DNA of 64,000 nucleotides from an uncultured bacterium (GTDB lineage Bacteria > Omnitrophota > Omnitrophia > Omnitrophales > Abzuiibacteriaceae): contig CAYLXA010000006.1 of the NCBI GenBank assembly GCA_964387845.1, positions 135,040-199,039 on the forward strand, given 5' to 3'. This document shows positions 51,104 to 58,726 of the stretch, piece after piece. The notes beneath the pieces are model-generated. The model was not told where the DNA came from and ran no database searches. It worked only from the letters and a program-made list of their open reading frames with translations. Each line of letters starts with the position of its first letter. Position 1 is the stretch's first letter. The position numbers were made by a program, and so were the translations under genes.

Positions 51104-51243
51104 TGAAACCAATATTGAAGTTAGCAGTAGTAGTTTTGCTTTTGGGTATGTTGGCTGGATGCGGCGAAACATTCCGCGGTATCGGAAAAGACACATCCAG
51201 GATTTGGTACGGCACCAAAACAATTTTTGTTAGTCAAGAATAA
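51103..51243 (+). CDS. entericidin A/B-like micro-lipoprotein (46 aa)
   Basis: Not in the ORF track (<60 aa). GGAGG RBS. ATG overlaps the upstream TGA. Lipobox 'LAGC' followed by 'GETFRGIGKD', resembling EcnA/EcnB. Confidence 0.45.
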   Translation: MKPILKLAVVVLLLGMLAGCGETFRGIGKDTSRIWYGTKTIFVSQE

Positions 51244-51253
51244 CGAGGCCCCA

Positions 51254-51910
51254 TTGTTACACCGATTAATTTCATGCGTGGTAATCATATCGGTCTTGAT
51301 TTCAGGCTGCGTGCAATACAAGCGCCCGCCGATGATGATCAAAGTGCCGAGCTACTACGACAATCAAATCTCGCTCAAAGATTTGACGCTGGTTGCTGAT
51401 CCTTACATTGAACGCGCGAAGATCGAGCATTTATTTAACACCAATTTGCTTGAAAAAGGTTTTCTTGCGATCCAGCTGATTGCTTTCAATGACGGAGACG
51501 GCGTTTTTGACATGTCGCGTTCTGCAGTCGTTTTAGTGCGTGACGATGGGATTGTTTTCCCGCCGGTTCCGCCCAAACAGGTAAGCAAGAAGGTCTTGCG
51601 TCGCACATCGCTCCGGATGTTGGGGTGGGGATTCGCCGGACTTATCGTTTTGAGCATTCCGCTGTCGCTGGCTGCGGGCGTTGATTCTCGGCGCGCCAAT
51701 CAGGGAATCCGTCGCACCCTTAAAGAGAATGTGCTGAGCTCTCACGAAATCGGCGCCCGTGAAGTTGTAAGTGGTTTTTACTTTTTCAAGATTGGAAAGT
51801 CGCATGGCCATAGCCAGGGCTCGCTTGCGCATCAGTACCGGTTCAAAATTGATCGATTGTTAGAGGTTGACTCCGGAGTAGAATACGAGTTTAATATCGG
51901 GATAAATTAA
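51254..51910 (+). CDS. hypothetical lipoprotein
   Basis: A TTG start gives 'MLHRLISCVVIISVLISGC' (lipobox LISGC). The ORF track extends it to 51227. Confidence 0.4.
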   Translation: MLHRLISCVVIISVLISGCVQYKRPPMMIKVPSYYDNQISLKDLTLVADPYIERAKIEHLFNTNLLEKGFLAIQLIAFNDGDGVFDMSRSAVVLVRDDGIVFPPVPPKQVSKKVLRRTSLRMLGWGFAGLIVLSIPLSLAAGVDSRRANQGIRRTLKENVLSSHEIGAREVVSGFYFFKIGKSHGHSQGSLAHQYRFKIDRLLEVDSGVEYEFNIGIN

Positions 51911-51928
51911 GTTTTATTTTGCGAATAG

Positions 51929-52001
51929 GGGCCAGTAGCTCAGCTGGGAGAGCGCTACATTCGCATTGTAGAGGTCACGAGTTCAATCCTCGTCTGGTCC
52001 A
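51929..52001 (+). tRNA. tRNA-Ala (anticodon CGC)
   Basis: Manual cloverleaf: acceptor GGGCCAG/CTGGTCC with a G3:U70 pair, D-arm GCTC-AGCTGGGA-GAGC, anticodon stem CTACA/TGTAG, loop TTCGCAT, T-arm ACGAG-TTCAATC-CTCGT, discriminator A. CCA is not encoded. Confidence 0.85.
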
Positions 52002-52008
52002 AATTTCT

Positions 52009-52292
52009 GAAGCCGGTAGCTCAGCCCTCACGCTACCATGAATATTCACGTATTATTTTAATGAAGCGTGAGGGTAGTCCTGATTTCTAATGAATAAATG
52101 ATTGTCATTTATTGATGAAAATCAGGGCAGCTGGGAGAGCGCTACATTCGTATTGTAGAGGTCAGGACTCATTTTCATTGAGGGATCCAGACGGTCAATA
52201 GGAAATGAGTTCAGCTCCTGAGCCTGATCAAGAATTCCTTAGTCGATTTTTACAGTAGCTCAGGGGCGGGGGTTCGGTCCCCCTTCGGTCCA
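52009..52292 (+). other. tRNA-like mosaic / pseudo-tRNA region with nested perfect hairpin insertions
   Basis: It contains a 5' tRNA fragment (GCCGGTAGCTCAG), a D-loop-to-variable-loop copy almost identical to the tRNA-Ala but with anticodon loop TTCGTAT, a third GTAGCTCAG copy, and a T-arm/3'-end-like GGGGGTTCGGTCCCCCTTCGGTCCA. Two inserts with perfect 8-10-bp inverted repeats interrupt it. Confidence 0.4.
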
Positions 52293-52422
52293 AAGTTAGT
52301 TTTACACCTAAAATTAGCCTCGAATTAATCTCACCTAACGTCTTAAGCTATCAGATAAAAGAGCCGAAACATTATCCTACAAGCTTGGAGTGTCTTTAAG
52401 CGGTTAAACGTAGGATAAAATT

Positions 52423-53295
52423 ATGAGCTACTACCGCATTTTAGGTTTTGATAAAGAGCCTTTTTCCACAAGCCCGGACCCTAACTTTTTTTATCTTACC
52501 CGCGAGCACGAAACGGCGCTGACCAATGTTTTAATCGAGCTCAGATTGCGCCGAGGTTTGTCGGTTGTTTTGGGGGATGTTGGAACCGGCAAAACAAGTC
52601 TTTCCCGGAAATTAGTTCAGTGCTTGCGTGAGCGGAGCGACTTTATATTTCATATTGTTTTAGATCCCTGCTTCGAGAATGAGCATCTTTTCTTAACCTC
52701 CTTAATTCGCAATTTGGGAATCGTTGTCGATCAGCCGCATGAACAAGACCGAACTCTGCTTCGGCACACGGTTTTAGACTTAAAAGAGGCTTTAGAAAAG
52801 TACCTTTATCAGAAGTGCGTTATCGAAAATAAAACAGTGGTTTTGATTGTCGACGAGGCGCAGAAGCTGAGCGAATCCTCGATGGAAATGCTGCGTGTTA
52901 TACTTAATTACGAAACCAACGAAAACAAATTGTTGCAGCTCGTCCTTTTGGGCCAAATGGAGCTTCATGCAAAAATCGTGAATATCCCGAATTTTTGCGA
53001 CCGGATTAGTTTTAAATATTCGCTCAACCCGCTGGATTTCAAGGAAACGAAAGACATGATCCGCTACCGGATCAAGCAAGCAGGCTACAACGCGCCGTCC
53101 CATCTTTTTTTAGATGATGCAATTCAGCTGATTCACAAAGTGTCGCGCGGATATCCGAGAAAAATCACGATGCTGTGCCATCGCTCGCTCAAGAAGCTTG
53201 TGATGCAAAGTAAATGGTCGGTCGACGAAAATTTGGTGCGCGAAATCGTGAATGAAGATATTCATTCCGGCTGGCTTGCGCCGACGCTGCATTAA
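52423..53295 (+). CDS. ExeA/GspA/MshM-like AAA+ ATPase (secretin-associated)
   Basis: N-terminal 'YRILGFDKEPFSTSPDPNFFYLTREHETAL' and Walker A 'GDVGTGKTSL', Walker B 'LIVDEAQ'. It lacks a C-terminal peptidoglycan-binding extension. Confidence 0.7.
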   Translation: MSYYRILGFDKEPFSTSPDPNFFYLTREHETALTNVLIELRLRRGLSVVLGDVGTGKTSLSRKLVQCLRERSDFIFHIVLDPCFENEHLFLTSLIRNLGIVVDQPHEQDRTLLRHTVLDLKEALEKYLYQKCVIENKTVVLIVDEAQKLSESSMEMLRVILNYETNENKLLQLVLLGQMELHAKIVNIPNFCDRISFKYSLNPLDFKETKDMIRYRIKQAGYNAPSHLFLDDAIQLIHKVSRGYPRKITMLCHRSLKKLVMQSKWSVDENLVREIVNEDIHSGWLAPTLH

Positions 53296-53312
53296 GGATT
53301 TTAAAATCCGAT

Positions 53313-54032
53313 ATGGGAGACGAAACACCGGAACAGCAGCTTTTAAAGCTGATTGAGCAGCCGCAAGCGAGCGGTGCTCAGCCGGCGGGGGATTCTAAAG
53401 ATCCCAAAGCGGATACAGCGGCAGCGGCAAAAGCAAAGAAAGGTCTCAATTTTAAGAGCCTGCTGACACCAAGCGGATGGAAAGGCGTTTTGTCCTATGC
53501 AAAGGAACAAGGCGCAACGCTGGCAAAGCAAAAGCCGGAAGTTTACAGTCTCCGAAGTTTTAACCGTTTTTTTCGGATCGCGCTCGGCGCCGGCGGAATA
53601 GTAATGTTTTGTTACATTGCTTATGCGGCTTACGTCATGAATAGTGAGTTTCACGAGCTGTCTGATTCGACACAAAAGGAAATGGCTGATCTGCCCATGT
53701 CGGGCGGGCGAATGTTGGATCCGAATTTTTTTGAGGATATTGCGAAACGGAATATTTTTGCACCGATGGAAAAAAAGCTGGAGCCCGAGCTTGCGCTTGA
53801 GTCTGGAGTTAGCAAAGCGGCTCTCGTTGAAATGGCAAAAGATATCAAGCTAACGGGGATTTCCGTAAATCCAACGGATGAGAGCCGCACATTTTGCATG
53901 ATCGAAGACCTTAAGAAAAACACGACAAGTTTTTTAAAAGTTGGCGACGGAATCGCCGGATTTACGATTAGCAAAATCGGTCCTGACAGCGTTGAGCTCA
54001 AATACCAAAAGGAAGCGATCGAGCTGAGATAA
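53313..54032 (+). CDS. hypothetical bitopic membrane protein, possible PilP/GspC-like secretin partner
   Basis: One TM (FFRIALGAGGIVMFCYIAYAAYVM) and a C-terminal beta-rich '...SFLKVGDGIAGFTISKIGPDSVELKY' resembling secretin-binding HR/PilP domains. It overlaps the secretin start (ATAATGA). Confidence 0.3.
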   Translation: MGDETPEQQLLKLIEQPQASGAQPAGDSKDPKADTAAAAKAKKGLNFKSLLTPSGWKGVLSYAKEQGATLAKQKPEVYSLRSFNRFFRIALGAGGIVMFCYIAYAAYVMNSEFHELSDSTQKEMADLPMSGGRMLDPNFFEDIAKRNIFAPMEKKLEPELALESGVSKAALVEMAKDIKLTGISVNPTDESRTFCMIEDLKKNTTSFLKVGDGIAGFTISKIGPDSVELKYQKEAIELR

Positions 54033-55687
54033 TGAAAAGAACAATTTCACAAAAAAAGCACTTACTCATCATTGTATTAACGGTTATCGTTTCGGCAATG
54101 CCCGTGAGCTCATTCAGCGCAACGTTACCGGCTCCGGAAACAGCACAAGTCGCAGCGCAGCCGTCAGAGAAAGCCGAGCCATTACAGATTGCCTCAGCCG
54201 CATCGACAACCGGGCTTGATAAAACTATTTTTCTAGATCTTCGCGATATCAACGTTATCGATATTCTTAAGTTTTTAGCTTTGGAAGGGGATTTGAATAT
54301 TGTGACGAGCAAAAACGTCCAGGGCCGATCAACGCTGCTTTTGCGTGACGTAAAAATCCGCGATGCGCTCGACATTATTGTTTTATCAAACCAGCTTGCC
54401 TACGACATGAGGAACAGCATTATTTACGTTATGACCGAGCAGGAGTATTTGCAGCTTTACGGAAAAAATTTTAGCGATCAGAAAAAAATCAAAACTCGGG
54501 TTTTGACGTACGCCAAGCCCAGTCACGCGCTTGCGGCGCTGCAATCAATTCAAAGCGCTTTGGGAAAAGTGATCATTGACGAGGAAACCGGCTCGGTGAT
54601 CATGATCGATACTACCGAAAAATTATCCGAAATGGATGCTCTGTTGGATAAGCTGGAAACCAAAGTTGAGACCAAATCCATCACACTTCAATATGCGATG
54701 GCGAAAGATATCGAAACGCAGCTGAAGCCGAAATTAGATGTCAAATCCGTTGGTTCGGTTATTGCGGATGAACGGTCCAATCAAGTGACCATCACAGCGT
54801 ATCCGGGCCGGATGGAAGAAATTGTGGAGCTTGTGCAGTCGTTGGACGCTAAAACCAAAGCGGTTTTGGTGGATGTTCGCATTCTGCAGTTAACCATTAA
54901 TCCGAAGTACGATGCCGGAATCGAGTGGGAAAGAGTATTTACGAACAGTAAGAACGAACTTTTCAAAAGCCTCGATTTCAACCATGCATTTCCGATCGCT
55001 TCAACAGTTTCATCCAGCGCGGCTCTGGGCTCGGTCGGCCAATACACGATCGGAAACTTAACGACGGATGAATTTACGGCCGAATTAAGATTTCTAAAGC
55101 AAATCGAGCGCACCAACGTTGTTGCCAGTCCGCGGATGATGATTCTGGATCGCCAAGAAGCGAAGATTAATATCGGTGACCGGATTCCGTATGTTATTAC
55201 CACAACAACCGGAACGGGAACGAACGTGTCGGTTAGTGAGGACATTCAATTTATTGACGTTGGCCTTAATCTTGTTGTGACGCCGGTTATTAATGACGAG
55301 GGGTATGTGACGATGAAAATTCGTCCGGAAATTTCAAGCCGCACGGGAACGCTTACAACACCCACAGATAACGCAATCCCGATTGTTAATACAACGTTTA
55401 TCGAAACCAATATCGTTGTAAAGGATGGAGTCACCATTATCTTGGGCGGCCTCAGGCGGGATGAATTAACCGAATCAAACAAAGGCGTCCCGTATTTGAT
55501 GGATGTGCCCTTCATCGGCAACGCGTTTAAAAGCAGGGCTGAAACAACGCGAAAAACGGAGATTGTTATTTTCATCACGCCCAAAATTGTCAGCGGAACT
55601 GAAACAATGGCGTGGCAAAATCCGCCTTTTAAACCGGCAAAGTTAGAGATGATTCCACAGGCGCAGAAAAACAAAAAAATATCATGA
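54032..55687 (+). CDS. secretin (GspD/PilQ/MshL family outer-membrane channel)
   Basis: Signal peptide, N-domains, and a C-terminal secretin core ('VVASPRMMILDRQEAKINIGDRIPY', 'VVTPVINDEGYVTMKIRPEIS', 'IILGGL...VPYLMDVPFIGNAF...EIVIFITPKIV'). Confidence 0.8.
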   Translation: MKRTISQKKHLLIIVLTVIVSAMPVSSFSATLPAPETAQVAAQPSEKAEPLQIASAASTTGLDKTIFLDLRDINVIDILKFLALEGDLNIVTSKNVQGRSTLLLRDVKIRDALDIIVLSNQLAYDMRNSIIYVMTEQEYLQLYGKNFSDQKKIKTRVLTYAKPSHALAALQSIQSALGKVIIDEETGSVIMIDTTEKLSEMDALLDKLETKVETKSITLQYAMAKDIETQLKPKLDVKSVGSVIADERSNQVTITAYPGRMEEIVELVQSLDAKTKAVLVDVRILQLTINPKYDAGIEWERVFTNSKNELFKSLDFNHAFPIASTVSSSAALGSVGQYTIGNLTTDEFTAELRFLKQIERTNVVASPRMMILDRQEAKINIGDRIPYVITTTTGTGTNVSVSEDIQFIDVGLNLVVTPVINDEGYVTMKIRPEISSRTGTLTTPTDNAIPIVNTTFIETNIVVKDGVTIILGGLRRDELTESNKGVPYLMDVPFIGNAFKSRAETTRKTEIVIFITPKIVSGTETMAWQNPPFKPAKLEMIPQAQKNKKIS

Positions 55688-56691
55688 AAGAAAATAATAC
55701 CAAGTTTTTAATACAAGCACTCACCAGAATGGCTCTGATTTTATTAATCGCTACAGGCGCGGCCCGTCCCGGCTCGGCATTTTGGCCGTTTGATACCGGT
55801 GAAGAAAAACAAAGCGAAGAGTTTAGTGCTCCGACAGCCTCACTTCCGACACCCGAACAGAAAAGGGAAGAATCGCTCAAGATTGATACGATTCTAAGCA
55901 CGCTAAACGAGTCCCTGGAAGAAAACAAAAAACTCCGGACCGATGCGGAAAACGCGCAAGAGCAGCTGAACCGATCCTCAATCGAGAACAACGTACTTCG
56001 AAGCCAATTGCGCACATTGCAAGCAGAAGCCGATTCGTACAAAACCGAGCTCACCAAGCACGCAGAAGAAACAAAAAAAAACATTCAAAAGCTTGAGCAG
56101 GAAGTTGGTCGTCTTCAAATTGAGGCCAAAAAAGCAGAAGAGATGAAGGAATTTGCCGAAGAAAGCATGGCCTACACCGAAGCGGAAAATCAAAAGGTGA
56201 GAAAGCTGCTTGAACAATCTATTCTTGAAAGCGAACGGGACACATACGTGAAGCTGATTTCGGAGTCGGAGATAAAGGCGAATCGAGCTGCGGAAAAGCT
56301 GATGACAGCAAAGCGCCAGAATGAACGCATGAGATCCGAACTGGCTTCGGCTTATTATAATTTGGGCAATATGCTGGCCGGGTCGGCGCAATATCGGAGC
56401 GCTTTAACGCAATACAAAAAGGCGCTCAAACTTAACCCAAATGATGCGTGGACGCATTACAATTCGGCCATTATTTATGATTATTATTTAAACAATAAAG
56501 AAAAATCGCTCGCACACTACAAGAAATATTTAAGCTTAGAACCTGCTGAAAAAGAGATCAATAAAGTGCGCGAGCGCGTTTTAGAAATGGAATTACTGAA
56601 TCCTGTCACGCCCGGCCAGCCGCTCAAGTCTGATTTTGACAAATATCAAAAGGATTTGAACAAGCCCTACGTCATCAAGGCAAACGGTTAA
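55684..56691 (+). CDS. secreted coiled-coil / TPR-repeat protein (MshN-like position)
   Basis: Signal peptide, a long E/K/Q-rich coiled coil, and C-terminal TPRs ('AYYNLGNMLAGSAQYRSALTQYKKALKLNPNDAWTHYNSAIIY'). ATGA overlap with the secretin gene. Confidence 0.5.
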   Translation: MKENNTKFLIQALTRMALILLIATGAARPGSAFWPFDTGEEKQSEEFSAPTASLPTPEQKREESLKIDTILSTLNESLEENKKLRTDAENAQEQLNRSSIENNVLRSQLRTLQAEADSYKTELTKHAEETKKNIQKLEQEVGRLQIEAKKAEEMKEFAEESMAYTEAENQKVRKLLEQSILESERDTYVKLISESEIKANRAAEKLMTAKRQNERMRSELASAYYNLGNMLAGSAQYRSALTQYKKALKLNPNDAWTHYNSAIIYDYYLNNKEKSLAHYKKYLSLEPAEKEINKVRERVLEMELLNPVTPGQPLKSDFDKYQKDLNKPYVIKANG

Positions 56692-56772
56692 TTTTTTTAA
56701 CCCACACCCGGCCTTACACCTAAAGCCACATTCTAAAGCATTTTTTTAAGATATTTTTATCTGATAAAAAAA

Positions 56773-56801
56773 TTGCATTGAATTTCAGGTTATGATACTA
56801 T
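56773..56801 (+). promoter_or_regulatory. putative sigma70-type promoter (TTGCAT-17 nt-TACTAT) upstream of the FGE-like paralog pair
   Basis: A hexamer match with 17-nt spacing in the 247-bp AT-rich gap. A GNRA hairpin CCTGCC-GAAA-GGCGGG (56884-56899) lies between the putative promoter and the ATG at 56939. Confidence 0.3.
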
Positions 56802-56938
56802 TTTTTTGTTGTCCCATAACCCTAAATTAAACTGCTGAATTAACATATGGCGATTGGGAAATTTCTGACTTGAAAAAGGCAAACCTGCCGAAAGGCGGGG
56901 ACGCAAAACCGAAGTTCTAAATCTCATCAAGGAGAGAC

Positions 56939-58726
56939 ATGAAGGCTGGGTTACCAAGCTGCTTGCGCAATGCGCACACCATGCGTATTGACGCTCAAAT
57001 AAATTGCAAATTTTTCTTCTATGCGATCAGTCTTTTCGTCTTCCTTTTTGGCGCGTCTCCTAAAACCGTTTGGGCCAACAACCTCAGCATTTCAAACGTC
57101 ACACTGACAAGCCAGGATTCCGCAAACGACACCGTCGCGATTCAGTTTGATATTTCGTGGGACAATTCATGGCGGAACCAGACCAATTGGGATGCGGTTT
57201 GGATATTTATTAAATACACAACAGAAACCTCAACGCCGCAGCGATGGTTTCATGCAATTCTACGCAAGACTTCCGCAGCAGCATCCCAGACAAATCCTTC
57301 CGGATATTCTCAAGGAAGCGGAACTGGTCTGGACATTCTTTTGCCGGATGATAATACGGGTGCGGATACCGGTGTTTATGGCGCGTTTCTTTACCGCTCA
57401 GAGATCGGAACTGGCAGCGTTTCAACCACCAGCGTGAAGCTTTTGTGGGATTATGGCGAAAACGGCTTGGCAGATACCGCGACACCGATTGTGCAAGTAT
57501 TCGGCATCGAAATGGTTTATGTTCCACAGGCGTATTTTGTAGCCGGCGATTCCACTAACTCAGCCAGTAATCCGCCGGGCGGATTTGTGGACGGCGGAAG
57601 CGGTACCTATGCTGCTTACACAGTGAGCAGCGAAACTCAGATTGGGTTAGGATCTCCGACGACTGGATGGATTCAATCGCGCTCCGGCATGTCGCCCGCG
57701 GATGATTTTTCAAGCGCTGCTCACAAAAATCTCCCGATTGCATATCCAAAAGGCTACAACGCGTTTTACATGATGAAATATGAACTGACACAAGGTCAAT
57801 ACGCCGAATTTTTAAACACGCTGGAACGTAAAGGCCAAGTCAACTTAGTCGGTGCTACCGTGTCGGCTGATACGATTGCAAATTATTATGTCATGAGCGC
57901 CGAATCTCAATTATCAAGAAGCAACCGAAATACGATTACAGCTCCTTCGTTTGGAAACGGCAGTATCAATCCTATTGCGTTTTCGGTCTCAAGGCCTTAC
58001 CGGGCTATGAACTATCTTGCTTGGATGGATTTGGCGGCCTATGCCGATTGGGCTGCTTTGCGCCCGATGTCTGAGTTGGAGTATGAGAAGGCGGCGCGCG
58101 GTTTTTATGGCTATCAAGCTCCATTACCTGCTTTAAGTTTGGGATTTGCTTGGGGAACGACCGATTTGGTAATTGCAACGACTCCGAATGCATCGGAAGA
58201 TAGTGGAACGGAAGGAATCAACGGAAATGCAGCTTACGGTAATTATACCTACGGCGCTGGCGATGGTTCAACGGGTCCGCTCCGTGTGGGCATTTTCGCA
58301 AGCGGAACCGCGACGGCTACTCGCCCGCTGAGCGGTGCCGGCTTTTACGGCGCGATGGAGCTCTCGGGGAATGTCGCAGAACAGGTTGCGTCCATAACAG
58401 ATACGCTGGCTGCCAACATCCGCGGCGGCAGGGATTTTGACGGATCACATGGCAACGGCACAGTGGTGACTGGTTCTGCGTGTTCTTGGGTCGGGCGGGC
58501 CGACGTGAAGCAATGGCCGGGGTCGTTAACGACATTTTCAGATGGTAACTGCAGCGGCGGCGGAACGGTTCGGCTCATCTATTCACGCGGCGCTATCCGG
58601 CGCGGTGGCTCGTGGAGCAGTGTATCAGCGCGGCTGCAGCTTTCAGACCGCCTAGATTCAGGAAGCGTGCCGAGTTTTACGCGTTCCAGCGCGCATGGCG
58701 GCCGGTTGGTGAGGACTGCGCCATGA
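56939..58726 (+). CDS. secreted protein with N-terminal conserved domain and C-terminal non-catalytic FGE-sulfatase-like (SUMF1/GldJ-type) domain, paralog 1
   Basis: AAGGAGAGA RBS and a signal peptide. 'ELTQGQYAEFLNT', 'RPYRAMNYLAWMDLAAYADWAALRPMSELEYEKAARG' and 'GGRLVRTAP' follow the FGE-sulfatase fold pattern, but no Cys pair is present. Confidence 0.6.
   Translation: MKAGLPSCLRNAHTMRIDAQINCKFFFYAISLFVFLFGASPKTVWANNLSISNVTLTSQDSANDTVAIQFDISWDNSWRNQTNWDAVWIFIKYTTETSTPQRWFHAILRKTSAAASQTNPSGYSQGSGTGLDILLPDDNTGADTGVYGAFLYRSEIGTGSVSTTSVKLLWDYGENGLADTATPIVQVFGIEMVYVPQAYFVAGDSTNSASNPPGGFVDGGSGTYAAYTVSSETQIGLGSPTTGWIQSRSGMSPADDFSSAAHKNLPIAYPKGYNAFYMMKYELTQGQYAEFLNTLERKGQVNLVGATVSADTIANYYVMSAESQLSRSNRNTITAPSFGNGSINPIAFSVSRPYRAMNYLAWMDLAAYADWAALRPMSELEYEKAARGFYGYQAPLPALSLGFAWGTTDLVIATTPNASEDSGTEGINGNAAYGNYTYGAGDGSTGPLRVGIFASGTATATRPLSGAGFYGAMELSGNVAEQVASITDTLAANIRGGRDFDGSHGNGTVVTGSACSWVGRADVKQWPGSLTTFSDGNCSGGGTVRLIYSRGAIRRGGSWSSVSARLQLSDRLDSGSVPSFTRSSAHGGRLVRTAP

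Noticed and set aside
52262-52295. 3' end 'GGGGGTTCGGTCCCCCTTCGGTCCA' considered as a tmRNA 3' tRNA-like domain
   Set aside because: No matching 5' 'GGGG...' acceptor partner or tag-reading frame exists upstream. The segment shares its sequence with the adjacent tRNA-Ala, so it is better explained as a tRNA-derived fragment.
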